64,000 nt of DNA from Negativicutes bacterium (lineage in GTDB: Bacteria; Bacillota; Negativicutes; UBA1444). Both the position numbers and the translations under genes were made by a program. The stretch's first letter is position 1. Each line of letters begins with the position of its first letter. Positions 1-10,113 of the stretch are shown in pieces. Where the stretch lies: the NCBI GenBank assembly GCA_963665275.2, contig CAXXIN010000007.1, forward strand, positions 416,001-480,000. Reading direction: 5' to 3'. The notes beneath the pieces are model-generated. The model did no database searches, was not told the DNA's origin, and was given only the letters and a program-made list of their open reading frames with translations.

Positions 1-2
1 TG

Positions 3-761
3 ACCGATGTCAGCGGCAAAACGTTCCCGCTCGACCCTGCTAAAGCCAAAGAGCTGCTCACCGGCAACGAGAGCAAGTATCTGGTCGTCGACCTGCGCAG
101 CGCCGAAGACTATGCCAAAGGCCATGTCAAAGGCGCAGTGAACATTCCTCTCGCACAATTGCCGCAAACCCTGGACAAACTGCCGATGGACAAAACCCTG
201 ATGCTGTACTGTTATACGGGACAAACTTCATCAATGACCATGGTTCCGCTGAAGTATTATGGCTATAAAGTGGTATCCATCTCCCGCGGTTTCCCTTCTG
301 TTGAAAAAGCCGGCTTCGCCGTTGATACCACTGCTGTCGCCTTTGCCCCTGTCGCCGCCAAAGCTCCGACCGACCCCAAAGCGGTTGCCGCCCTGGAAGG
401 CCTGAAAGAGGCACTGGACTCACTGGTCAAGCAATTTGCCGCGAAAACCCTCATCGTTCCTGGCAAGGACGTCAAAACGCTGGTTGATGCCGGTGCTGAC
501 AAATACTACATCGTCGACCTCCGCGCTGCCGATGACTTCGCCAAAGGATATGTTAAAGGCGCGGTGAACGTTCCGCTTGCCAACCTGGCTACTGCAATGA
601 AATCGTTCCCGAAAGATAAAACCATCGTTCTCTACTGCTACAGTGGCCAGACTGCCGCCATGGCCACCGTCCCCCTGAAAGCGGAGGGCTTCAAGCTGAT
701 TTCCATCTCCACCGGATTCCCTGGCGCCGAGGCTGGCGGATTCGCCATCGAGAAAAAATAA
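3..761 (+). CDS. Multi-domain rhodanese (sulfurtransferase), 5' truncated by window edge
   Basis: Frame of ORF 138..761 stays open back to nt 3 (TDVSGKTF...YLVVDLRSAEDYAKGHVKGAVNIP). Two rhodanese repeats with active-site loops CYTGQT and CYSGQT. Confidence 0.9.
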   Translation, partial: TDVSGKTFPLDPAKAKELLTGNESKYLVVDLRSAEDYAKGHVKGAVNIPLAQLPQTLDKLPMDKTLMLYCYTGQTSSMTMVPLKYYGYKVVSISRGFPSVEKAGFAVDTTAVAFAPVAAKAPTDPKAVAALEGLKEALDSLVKQFAAKTLIVPGKDVKTLVDAGADKYYIVDLRAADDFAKGYVKGAVNVPLANLATAMKSFPKDKTIVLYCYSGQTAAMATVPLKAEGFKLISISTGFPGAEAGGFAIEKK

Positions 762-787
762 CTGAGCAAAACCCTGCATGAGAAAAC

Positions 788-815
788 GAGGGGGTGTAAA
801 GAAAAACACCCCCTC
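788..815. other. GC-rich intergenic hairpin between rhodanese and nrfD
   Basis: GAGGGGGTGT-N8-ACACCCCCTC perfect 10-bp stem with no U-tract after it on the + strand. Confidence 0.6.
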
Positions 816-847
816 CAGGCTGAAAATTACAGCTTGGGGAGGATTAC

Positions 848-1998
848 GTGATGAACCAGAGAACCGGTCTCGCCATATCTGCCGCATTAACCGCAATTGG
901 CATAGTTGGAGCGCTGATGTTGCTCATTAAAGGTCATGGAGTGATGGGTACTTCCCATCAATTCCCTTGGGGAATATTTATCTCCACTTATCTCTATTTT
1001 GCACTGATTGGCTCGGGACTCTGCCTGATCTCCTCTCTCGGTTGCGTGTTCGGCATCGAGCCCTTCACCGCCATTACAAGACGTTCAGTGGTCCTGGCAA
1101 TGATCACCTTGTCGGCCGCCTTTCTCATTATGGGGCTGGAAACGCCACAACCGCTGAACATGATCTATATGCTATTCAGTCCCAATTTTTCGGCCGCTAT
1201 TTTTTGGATGGGCAGTCTCTACGGAGTGTATCTGTTTTTTCTCGTGGGCGAGTTCTGGTATTTGATCGTTAAGGCTTCCCCCTCCCGCGGCCACTTTTTC
1301 GGAGTGTTGGCATTCTTTGCAGCTTTGGCTGCTTCTTCCAACCTGGGCGCTGTGTTCGGTTTTCTCCACGCACGGCCTTATTGGGAGGGCGCCTATATGC
1401 CGGTCTATTTCATCTTGACCGCTCTCCCTGTCGGGTTCGGCAGTGCTGGTCATTTTCTATTATCTGTTGGAAGGCCGAGAGTCCGACTCGCCGATAGTGC
1501 CTGCCACCGCCAAATTAATGGCCCTGTTTCTCTCCATCACGTTGTTCTTTTCGATCTGGAAGCTGCTCACTGGCCTTTATGGTGACATTCCCGGCAAGGT
1601 CGAGGCCTCCGCAGCCTTGCTCAAAGGACCCTACGCCCTCAATTTTTGGGGTCTGGAAATTGTGATCGGCATGATCGTTCCTTTATTCCTGTTGCTGGTC
1701 AAGCGGACGCGCAGAGCTTCGTTCGTTGCTGCGATTAATGTCAATGGTTGGGCTCTTCTTCATGCGTTATGATTTAGTAATCGCGGGTCAGGTAGTGCCG
1801 CTGGATGTTATCGACCAAACTCCGCTGCCTGTAACCTACCTGACCTATTTTCCCACTTGGGTTGAATTAGCAGTTGTCTGCCTGGGATTCGGTTTCGTTG
1901 GACTCGCCTACTTGTTCGCTGAAAAGAAACTGGACCTGGATGTGCGAACTCCAGCTCCTGTTCCAGAAAAGAACAACTCTGCAGAATTTGCGGGGTAA
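848..1998 (+). CDS. NrfD/PsrC-family polysulfide-reductase-type membrane subunit (two frameshifts, near 1427 and 1735)
   Basis: ORFs 848..1585, 1443..1772 and 1726..1998 join into one multi-TM protein with family motifs PWGIFISTYLYF, HARPYW, MRYDLVIAGQ and YFPTWVE. Confidence 0.85.
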
Positions 1999-2022
1999 GA
2001 TCCCGCTGATACCCTATTGTTC

Positions 2023-2084
2023 AAACAGAAGACGGGGAAGATACGAAGCCGATACCGGCCTCATATCTTCCCCGTCTTCTGTTT
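2023..2084. terminator. Bidirectional intrinsic terminator
   Basis: 21-bp perfect inverted repeat AAACAGAAGACGGGGAAGATA / TATCTTCCCCGTCTTCTGTTT between convergent genes. Confidence 0.8.
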
Positions 2085-2098
2085 CTTCTCTCGACTAC

Positions 2099-5000
2099 TC
2101 AACCGTTTGCATTCATCAGTTCCAAATTCCAGGACAACAGCACTTCTGTTCCCTCACTATTATAAGCCATTCGATGAGTCGTAGACAGCATAATAGGAAT
2201 TCCCCGCCCCATCCCTGCATCTTCGCCGAAGCTGAACAGTTCCTCCTGATTCGATCGCAAGCGCCGCAGAATAGCGTTACCAGCAAATCCCATGCGCGAA
2301 GTTTTCACTCTTACATTCAGCCAATTTCCGATCCGACTGAACCTGACTCTGGCCCGGTGTTGACGCGGCACTCCATCTCTGCATTCCAGCGCGTTGGCGA
2401 TCGCCTCATTAACCGCTACTTCCTGGATTGAATGGGGTAGCCCCGTAACTTCGGCCAAGATCTTCGCAATTACATCTTTGAAGCGCTGATAGTCTCCATA
2501 TCCATTGAACCGCAGTATTCGCGGCCAACCGTTTTGGGGAACCAATTGCTGCGGTAGAGAGAGCACGTGAATACAAATAGCTGTCGCATCATCCCGGCAT
2601 GCCTCATCTTCGGCCAACGATTTCAGGAATTGGACCATTTCAGGATAACGAGCAATTGGGGCCTCTGATCGACACACCAGCAATTCAGACAATCCATCCG
2701 TCAAAAAATAGTACGAATCGCCAACATCAACCTGTACCGTATGCACATCGAAGGTTTCCTCTGCGCTCACCCCCAGATACATACCGGGCTTGGCAACGAC
2801 TCCCTGGTAGTTCTTCGTAGCGATCCATATCTCGGGAATCCCGGCGCAAACCCACTGCAGTTGTCGGGTCTGGAGATCCAGCTCGAAGCCCAGTGCTCCA
2901 GCAAACGTCCCCTCATCAAAATATTGTCCGGCACGCCGGTTAAGCCACTTCATCTGTTCGGCCAATGGCAGATCAAGCTCATTGACTTCCCTGAGCAGCA
3001 CATGCATCGATGCGGTGTGCAGCGCCGTTCCCAATCCATGCCCTGTTGCATCGGCAATAAAGCCGCGCAACACCTGGCCGTTATATCGCCAATCCATGAA
3101 GTAAAGATCGCCACCGACATAGCTGTAAGGTCGATATACGGTTTTCAGTTCCAGATATTCTGTCGGTTTCGGCATTGTCAATAACGCATTCTGCACACGT
3201 GTCGCCAACTGCGCATCGCGGTGGATTTCCTGTTCGCGCCGTATTTCATCTGAAACATCCCTGATTGTTAAAACCACCAGACTGCAATCCCGATATTGAA
3301 TTAACGTTGCTGACCTTTCCACCTGAATAAGGGTTCCGTTGCGATGGCGCAATACTCGGCGTTGCAATGGTAAAAAGCGGTCATTTTTTACCTGGTCCAA
3401 AAAGCTCCTGATATTTTCAGGGGTATCCGCAGTAATGTGAAAAACCTGCAGCGGATTATCCTTAAGCAAATCGTAACCAAATCTCTCTGTAAAACGCGTA
3501 TTAGCCTTAATGATATCTCCAGTATCTGGATTGAAGATGACCACGGCCTCCGGAGCCTGTTCCATAACGGCCCGATATCGGGATTCACTCTCTTCCAGTT
3601 CTTCTTCCATGCGCTTTCGATCCGTTATGTCGCGGGAGATCCCCAGAATGCCGATGAAAGCTCCGTCCGAATCCAACATCGGAACCTTTACCGTTTCCAC
3701 CAAAACCCGCTGCCCGCCGTCCGAAAAGTTCAGCCATTCCTCGTTTACACAGGGTCCGCCTGCCATCATTGACTTGCGGTCATTTTCCCGAAAGAAATCC
3801 GCCAAGTCCTTGTCGACGAAATCGTAGTCTGTCTTCCCGACAATCGCCATTTCATTGGCGCCAAAAAAACGTTCAAACATTTGATTGCATGATAAATAAA
3901 CGCCCTCGGCATCCTTCACCCAAACCAGATCGGGAATGGTATTGATCAACGTGCGCAAACGAGTTTCCTGATCCGCCAGGGTGCGGGTCAGGCGTCTGCG
4001 CTCGGTAATATCAATCCCGATTCCGGCAAAGTAAGTTCTCCCATCCATCTTCACAGGCACCGCTGTCAAATACATGGGGATTGTTTCGCCGTCCTTCTTT
4101 CGCAAATCGGCTTCCGCACTGGCGAACCCTTTCTCAAACGCTCTTGCCACTTCGTTGGTGATCATGGCACAGGTTTCCTCATCTCCTTTGTACCAGTCCA
4201 GAAGCATCATATGGGATAATTCCGACGCCGAATAGCCGGTCATTATTTCATGCTGCTTATTCCAGCGCACCAGATTCCCCAGATCATCATACAGATACAG
4301 CATGCCGGGAACACTATCAAACAATGCATCTGTCATAGCCCTTTCCTGTTGCAGGTTATGCTGAGATTCTCTGATTTCTTCATATTGTACTGTGAGTTCT
4401 TGGTTGGCAGCCTTGATTTCAGCCGTGCGTTCCGCAACCTGATGTTCCAGGCCCTCATTGGTTGTCGCGAGAATTTGATTCAGCGATTCGATTTCGGTAT
4501 TTTGAGCGACTATCTCTTCGTTTTGCGCGGTCAGTTCCTCGTTCATCGCTGTGATTTCTTCATTCTGCGCACTTAAATTCTCATTCGCGGCAAACAGCGC
4601 TTCGGTGCGTTCCCTCACTTGAAATTCCAGCCCTGCGTTCATTGAATGCAAGTCCGATTCAATTTTCACGGCTCTTCTCGCAATGAAACCTGTCAAAATC
4701 AAAGCAGCTCCAAGGCCGAGGATAACAACCCAAAGAGTGTTCGTCCGAGTATCCCTGGCGTCGATGAGAAAAGTTTGCGCTCTGCGTTGCGCGAAATCAC
4801 GCAGCAGAGCGATTTTCCCGTCAATTTCCTCCGTCTGCCTGAGCCCCGAAGCTTGGGTAATCAGCGCAGCTTCCCGCATCCTGCCGTCCAAACTCAATTG
4901 AATGACCTCATCACGAATCGGGCGCCAGGCCAAAAAACTTTGCAACGCATCCTGAACCAAAGCAGAATCCCCTTCGAACCGGTCCCTGACTAGTGCGAAA

Positions 5001-5278
5001 TCAGATATTGCCTTCACCTCCGCCTCGTCCACCAGAACCATATGTTTGGCGATTTCCGCGTCCGATGCAGACAATGCCACATCCTTCATTGACCGATGCA
5101 TAGCGACAATATTAGCATCAATGCGCAATACTGCCGTCCACACGGCAACGGGATGCTCATACAGTTCTTCCGTCAGTCCGGCTACCCTAGCAACTGATGT
5201 ATAGCCGATCCAGCCCATCCCCACAACGATCAGGGCCAGAAAACCTATCAGATAGGGCATCCTCCGTTGTCTTGCCAT
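2099..5278 (-). CDS. Membrane sensor: four-helix bundle, coiled coil, 3 PAS, SpoIIE/PP2C phosphatase, C-terminal RsbW-like HATPase
   Basis: Two TM segments flank a helical sensor. PAS/PAC motifs (GIGIDITERR, GISRDITDRK, TIRDVS), PPM motifs (GGDLY, ADATGHG, TDGL, DDAT) and C-terminal NEAIANA and GRGI boxes. Confidence 0.85.
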   Translation of the reverse strand: MARQRRMPYLIGFLALIVVGMGWIGYTSVARVAGLTEELYEHPVAVWTAVLRIDANIVAMHRSMKDVALSASDAEIAKHMVLVDEAEVKAISDFALVRDRFEGDSALVQDALQSFLAWRPIRDEVIQLSLDGRMREAALITQASGLRQTEEIDGKIALLRDFAQRRAQTFLIDARDTRTNTLWVVILGLGAALILTGFIARRAVKIESDLHSMNAGLEFQVRERTEALFAANENLSAQNEEITAMNEELTAQNEEIVAQNTEIESLNQILATTNEGLEHQVAERTAEIKAANQELTVQYEEIRESQHNLQQERAMTDALFDSVPGMLYLYDDLGNLVRWNKQHEIMTGYSASELSHMMLLDWYKGDEETCAMITNEVARAFEKGFASAEADLRKKDGETIPMYLTAVPVKMDGRTYFAGIGIDITERRRLTRTLADQETRLRTLINTIPDLVWVKDAEGVYLSCNQMFERFFGANEMAIVGKTDYDFVDKDLADFFRENDRKSMMAGGPCVNEEWLNFSDGGQRVLVETVKVPMLDSDGAFIGILGISRDITDRKRMEEELEESESRYRAVMEQAPEAVVIFNPDTGDIIKANTRFTERFGYDLLKDNPLQVFHITADTPENIRSFLDQVKNDRFLPLQRRVLRHRNGTLIQVERSATLIQYRDCSLVVLTIRDVSDEIRREQEIHRDAQLATRVQNALLTMPKPTEYLELKTVYRPYSYVGGDLYFMDWRYNGQVLRGFIADATGHGLGTALHTASMHVLLREVNELDLPLAEQMKWLNRRAGQYFDEGTFAGALGFELDLQTRQLQWVCAGIPEIWIATKNYQGVVAKPGMYLGVSAEETFDVHTVQVDVGDSYYFLTDGLSELLVCRSEAPIARYPEMVQFLKSLAEDEACRDDATAICIHVLSLPQQLVPQNGWPRILRFNGYGDYQRFKDVIAKILAEVTGLPHSIQEVAVNEAIANALECRDGVPRQHRARVRFSRIGNWLNVRVKTSRMGFAGNAILRRLRSNQEELFSFGEDAGMGRGIPIMLSTTHRMAYNSEGTEVLLSWNLELMNANG

Positions 5279-5345
5279 AGTTACCTAATCCCGCCTTGCT
5301 TTTCCATATTTTCGGGGTGTTCCAATCTCACTTAAAACAGTTTAA

Positions 5346-6419
5346 CTACGTCAGCAATACGCCGATTCCTGCCGCCAACATCAACAGCCCAACCGCCAGA
5401 TGCAGTCGTTTCGCATTTTGGGCCTGCCAGTCGGATGCTCTTTCCACCGTTACCTTTCCCATGTAGACCAATATAGCAATCAGAATCAGCGGCGAAACAA
5501 AAATCAAATTATATACAATGAGATACCCAAAAAAAGCTGAATTCATCCCCCATTTAGCCATGATCCCCAAGGCAAAAAAATAGGGTCCGCCTGTACATGG
5601 AAGCTCGATGAGTGTTACCACGCCGCCCATCGCAAACGCTGCCCAGGGAGTTGTCGCCTTGCGCAACAACGAAAATAAAAAAGGCCGCCAGGCCTGCGGA
5701 ATCTCAGCGGCAAAACCACCGGCCCCATAGGCAAAATAGTCCTTGAGGTTGAGGACCCCCACGAGGATGGCCAGCGCTCCTACAAAATTTCGCACGATAT
5801 CCGATATGCCCAAAAAAGTAAGAGCCTTTACAATCCCGATCCCAACCAGAATATACGTGATAAAGACCGACAAAATAAAGGAAGCGGCTGAAAAAATCAG
5901 TCGCTTTTTGCTCTCATGATACAGGCTGATGAAACTGAGCAGAATGACCAATACCAATATCGCGCAAGGATTGATGGAATCTGCCAACGCGGCTCCCATG
6001 ATACCCATCAGCCCCATAGGGTCCGACGCGGTTGTGAGCGATCCCGCGCCACCGGAGTCTATGGCGGTTTGCAATTCCTTCTCGAGGTCCAGGATCCGTG
6101 GCCCCCCCATATACATCTGCCCATTATAAAATGCGACTGGAATGGCCCAATCCTGTTCCGGAATTCCATACATTTTGAAAGACATCACCATGCGATCAGC
6201 ATTTTCCCTGTTGTCATACACTTCATACTTCTCTACCGGAACCCCTTTGGAAATGATGCGCTCCATGACAGGCGCCACCTCTTTGCAGGCAGGACAGGTA
6301 TTACCATAGAAATACATGACGGTTTTCACGGGCGCAGCCTGCGCCGGAATTGTCATCATAACTGCTAATACGAACAGCCCTGCAAGAATGAGGGCAAACT
6401 TTTTCTTCACTTTAACCAT
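5346..6419 (-). CDS. Thioredoxin-like domain fused to CcdA/DsbD-type thiol-disulfide transporter
   Basis: Signal peptide, CPAC motif, then TM domain with DSINPC and ELPCTG. Start is probably ATG 6419 or GTG 6410. Confidence 0.85.
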   Translation of the reverse strand: MVKVKKKFALILAGLFVLAVMMTIPAQAAPVKTVMYFYGNTCPACKEVAPVMERIISKGVPVEKYEVYDNRENADRMVMSFKMYGIPEQDWAIPVAFYNGQMYMGGPRILDLEKELQTAIDSGGAGSLTTASDPMGLMGIMGAALADSINPCAILVLVILLSFISLYHESKKRLIFSAASFILSVFITYILVGIGIVKALTFLGISDIVRNFVGALAILVGVLNLKDYFAYGAGGFAAEIPQAWRPFLFSLLRKATTPWAAFAMGGVVTLIELPCTGGPYFFALGIMAKWGMNSAFFGYLIVYNLIFVSPLILIAILVYMGKVTVERASDWQAQNAKRLHLAVGLLMLAAGIGVLLT

Positions 6420-6583
6420 CCCTTTGCTTTTCACTTGCCAAAATATCGAATCGCACTTCAGCTTTCTACACACGTGATTAATTGTACTCACATTTTGCGA
6501 TATCGGCAAGAATCATTCCCGGATAACCGAAATTCCGCAGAATATCACCTAGAAAACCGTGACACCACTTAGCAGATCCGATA

Positions 6584-6626
6584 CAAAATGTATAATGCGA
6601 CTTTTTATGTCTCATTATACATTTTG
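6584..6626. promoter_or_regulatory. 14-bp AT-rich inverted repeat (candidate operator)
   Basis: CAAAATGTATAATG-N15-CATTATACATTTTG; each arm contains TATAAT. Confidence 0.5.
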
Positions 6627-6716
6627 GGTTATATACATGATTACCCAGCCAGTATTTTGCCAAACACTGCTACAGTTCGCCCTGAAGTTTTTGAACAACG
6701 CATCCCCTTCACACCT

Positions 6717-7922
6717 TTACTTCCGCAACAATCTGAGGATCTTCATGGCCGTCGACAACGTCAGACGCGTTTCCATATCGTCGATCGAAACACCCAGGAT
6801 CGATTCGATGCGATTTTTGCGGGCCAGTACCGTCTTGTGATGAACGAAACTTCGTTCCGCAGCCTCTTTTAAATTGGCTGCAGACAAAATGTCCTCCAAT
6901 GTCGCGACCAATTGGGTCCCCTTGGTCGCATCCTGTTGGATCAACTTCCCGAGAGAGCGGTCAACAAAAGAGTGCAGTTGCTCGGAATCCTGAAACTGCG
7001 TCAACAGCTGACAGATTCCCAGATCTGCATAATGGTAGACGCCGTTTTCTCCCCACACCCTACGCCCCACATTGGCCGCCTCTTTCGCTTCGCGATAACA
7101 ACGCTTCATATCCAATACATCAGTATAACTGGAACTGACGCCGATCGTCAGTTTAACACCCGGCATTTGACGGATGACTCTTTCTTTGCCTGACTTGGCA
7201 CGTGCCAGGGCATGCTCCTTGGAATCAATACTAGGGCCCGGCAACGGGCATAGAACGGCAAAGCCATCATAGCGCGTCCAGACAATTTTATCCTGTTCTG
7301 CGGAGCAAATATGTGTCACATGGCGCAAAAGATCCTTCATACCGCGCTGATCCTTCTGCAATTCGCCGTAGGATTTCCCGCAGTAGTCATCGATGCTGAT
7401 AGCGAACAACGCATAACGCACCGACAAATCCATCCCCAGGGAGCGTCCCCGTTCGATCGCCACTTCACTGTCGGCAATCTCGCCATCGGCAATCGCATTC
7501 AGCAGATCCGTCCGCTGCTGGGCTTCGTCGTTCTTGCGCAAAGTCTCCGCTTCGCGGGCTCCGTAGCCAGCACGCGCTACGTATAGCACCGTCTCATCTT
7601 GTTCGGACTGCCCCGGCAATGCCGCAGACACGATACGAACCGGGAAAGCTTCGCCATCAGGCATCAGGCCGGTTCCGGTGAATTCAGCACTGCCCTCTGC
7701 CCCGGCAATTTCCGCCCAAGTTCGGGGACCGTTATTTTCCTCCGAAACAAGAAAATCCGTTACCGTACGTCCTTTGGCGTCTTGTGGCAGCACACCAAAC
7801 AAATGGAAGGCCGCGTTGTTCCATTCCGTCACTCGAAGTTTTGCGTCAAAAGTCAATATCGCGATCGGTGCTTGCACAACGATTGTATGCAGGCGCCGGT
7901 CCAATGTTTTTCCATTCCCCAC
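6717..7922 (-). CDS. PAS-domain PucR/CdaR-family transcriptional regulator
   Basis: N-terminal PAS, GGDEF-like middle region (LTIGVS, YREAKEA), C-terminal HTH (AAERSFVHHKTVLARKNRIESILG). Confidence 0.85.
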   Translation of the reverse strand: MGNGKTLDRRLHTIVVQAPIAILTFDAKLRVTEWNNAAFHLFGVLPQDAKGRTVTDFLVSEENNGPRTWAEIAGAEGSAEFTGTGLMPDGEAFPVRIVSAALPGQSEQDETVLYVARAGYGAREAETLRKNDEAQQRTDLLNAIADGEIADSEVAIERGRSLGMDLSVRYALFAISIDDYCGKSYGELQKDQRGMKDLLRHVTHICSAEQDKIVWTRYDGFAVLCPLPGPSIDSKEHALARAKSGKERVIRQMPGVKLTIGVSSSYTDVLDMKRCYREAKEAANVGRRVWGENGVYHYADLGICQLLTQFQDSEQLHSFVDRSLGKLIQQDATKGTQLVATLEDILSAANLKEAAERSFVHHKTVLARKNRIESILGVSIDDMETRLTLSTAMKILRLLRK

Positions 7923-7940
7923 AAAATCAGCCTCCCGTGC

Positions 7941-8396
7941 TTAGTCCAGCGGACGGATCATAGCGATTTCATCGCAATTGGGAAACTTACTGCAGTTGAT
8001 GCAGTCCTTCCAAACCTTCTGCGACAAACGCTCCTTCGGCACTTCGTGAAAATTAGCCTTGGCAAAAAATCCGGGTTGGTACGTCAGCGTGAACAAGGTT
8101 TTCACTCCTAATTCACGAGCGTCTTCCGCCAACCGCTCAACGATGGACATACCGATTCCTTTGCCAGCATATTCCGGCGCGATAGCCATCGCCCGAATTT
8201 CGGCCAATTCATCCCAGACGAGATGCAACCCGCCGACCCCCACCACTTTTCCATCATCTTCGGCGAGAATGAAATCCCGGAGTGACTCATAAATGGAATT
8301 CCGCGACCGGGCCAGCATCAGCCCCTGCTCCGCGTAATAGTTGACGATTTGGTGGATACTCTCCGTATCACTGAATTTTGCCCTGCGATATTTCAT
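7941..8396 (-). CDS. GNAT N-acetyltransferase, short ArgA (amino-acid N-acetyltransferase) type
   Basis: LAEIRAMAI, GKGIG, LFTLTYQ and KVWKDCINC motifs. Confidence 0.8.
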   Translation of the reverse strand: MKYRRAKFSDTESIHQIVNYYAEQGLMLARSRNSIYESLRDFILAEDDGKVVGVGGLHLVWDELAEIRAMAIAPEYAGKGIGMSIVERLAEDARELGVKTLFTLTYQPGFFAKANFHEVPKERLSQKVWKDCINCSKFPNCDEIAMIRPLD

Positions 8397-9055
8397 GATG
8401 AAACCTCCTGAATTAAAGTAAGCTTGGCGGTGCTTGACGGACAGATGTCACCTAGGCAGCACTGGGCGCAAATCGGGTTTCGCGCCCGACAAACTCTGCG
8501 ACCATGCCAGATGAGCCAATGATGGGATTCCGACCACTGCGGCCGTGGAATGAGCTTCATCAGACCTTGTTCCACTTCTTCGGGACTCTTCCCTTTCGCC
8601 AGGCCGGTCCGGTTGGCAACACGAAAAACATGCGTATCTACGGCGATAGCCGGCACACCGAACTGGTGGCTCAAAATCACATTGGCTGTTTTTCGTCCGA
8701 CTCCAGGCAAGCGTATTAACGCTTCCATTGTTCCGGGAACTTCTCCACTGAATTCGTCGACCAACATGCGGCAGGCAGCCAGAATGTTCTTCGCTTTCGC
8801 CCGGAACAGGCCGCAATCGTGAATTAGTTCTTCCATTTTTTCAACGCTGAGAGTCAGCATTTTTTCGGGTGAATCCCACAAGGGAAACAGGCGACGGGTA
8901 ATGATGTTCACACGGACGTCCGTGCACTGCGCCGATAATACAACGGCAACCAATAATTCGAAGGAGGATTGGAAAACCAGTCCAGTAGTTGCGCCATGAT
9001 AGGTTTTTGCAAGCCGCTGCAACATTTCACGGCGAAGTGCAAGTGTCAGTCGCAT
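8393..9055 (-). CDS. nth: Endonuclease III
   Basis: LSAQCTD, HhH motif LPGVGRKTANV, AVDTHVFRV, C-terminal 4Fe-4S CRARNPICAQCCLGDIC. SD AGGAGG precedes ATG 9055. Confidence 0.95.
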   Translation of the reverse strand: MRLTLALRREMLQRLAKTYHGATTGLVFQSSFELLVAVVLSAQCTDVRVNIITRRLFPLWDSPEKMLTLSVEKMEELIHDCGLFRAKAKNILAACRMLVDEFSGEVPGTMEALIRLPGVGRKTANVILSHQFGVPAIAVDTHVFRVANRTGLAKGKSPEEVEQGLMKLIPRPQWSESHHWLIWHGRRVCRARNPICAQCCLGDICPSSTAKLTLIQEVSS

Positions 9056-9202
9056 GGAAACCTCCTGTGGTTGAATTCTTCTATTAGGTGCTTCCACATA
9101 ACCCGCTTTCTTTCCTCCATCCTGCGAAGAGGTTTTTTTTGTATAGGGCTTGAATTAGTGGTAAAATAGGTAGGAAATATTAGTTTAGGAGGCTTTTAAT
9201 AA

Positions 9203-9439
9203 ATGTTTGGTCTTGGGATGCCTGAACTCATTTTAATACTTATTATTGCACTGGTCATTTTCGGACCGTCCAAGCTGCCGGAAATGGGTGCTTCCGTTGG
9301 CAAAGCAATCCGTGAATTCCGTAATGCAACCAAGGAACCGGACCCCGAACCGGACCGCAAAGTCATCGTAGCCGAGTATCACGAAGCTCCGAAACAGATT
9401 CTAAACGAAAAAAAACCAGAAGTGAAGGATAAGGAATGA
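9203..9439 (+). CDS. tatA: Twin-arginine translocase TatA/E subunit
   Basis: [40 protein letters not shown]. Confidence 0.95.
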   Translation: MFGLGMPELILILIIALVIFGPSKLPEMGASVGKAIREFRNATKEPDPEPDRKVIVAEYHEAPKQILNEKKPEVKDKE

Positions 9440-10113
9440 TTCGTCTCAAGTTCAGTCGCCGCGATTTTATGATCGGCGCCCTGGTTGGAGCCGCGGCCGG
9501 CGCCGGAGTATTGGGCGCATTGCAGCGAAAGTCAGCTTCTGACCCGTCCGGTAACTCGGGCGGGTCGGTTTTTCATACAGATCGGGCGGCCCGCATCACT
9601 ACTCTAAGTTTTATCAGCGTAGATCATGCCCGCTGCACGGGCTGCGGAATTTGCGAGGCTGAATGCGCCCTTGTCAGGGAAAAGACTTACGACACTTGGC
9701 GAAGCCGCATCCGCGTCCATCATTTTGAACCGTCACTTGATATCGCCTCAATTTGCGCATCCTGCAACGATGCCCCTTGCGTAAAAGCCTGCCCGCCAGA
9801 AGCTAACGCGCTGACGCGGGATCCATTGACCGGTGCGGTCCTTCTCAACGAAGCCAAATGCATTGGTTGCCGCGCCTGTCTGATGGCCTGCGCCAAAGAC
9901 CGTTCCGACGTTATCAGAATGAGCCGTGACGGGGAAAAAGCGCTCGGCATCTGTGATCTTTGCGGCGGCGATCCCGCCTGCGTCAAGGTCTGCCCCGAGC
10001 AATGCCTGTCCCTCGTTCCCGCCAATCAAGATGGCCGTGGCCTGGCCGCCAATCCGCTGACTATTGCCCGCAGCCTGGCCCACAATATCTATCGTTCAGG
10101 GAGGGATAGCTGA
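9436..10113 (+). CDS. Tat-signal 4x[4Fe-4S] polyferredoxin (DmsB/AorA-like small subunit)
   Basis: SRRDFM twin-arginine motif plus hydrophobic stretch. Four Cys groups: [49 protein letters not shown]. Confidence 0.9.
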   Translation: MIRLKFSRRDFMIGALVGAAAGAGVLGALQRKSASDPSGNSGGSVFHTDRAARITTLSFISVDHARCTGCGICEAECALVREKTYDTWRSRIRVHHFEPSLDIASICASCNDAPCVKACPPEANALTRDPLTGAVLLNEAKCIGCRACLMACAKDRSDVIRMSRDGEKALGICDLCGGDPACVKVCPEQCLSLVPANQDGRGLAANPLTIARSLAHNIYRSGRDS

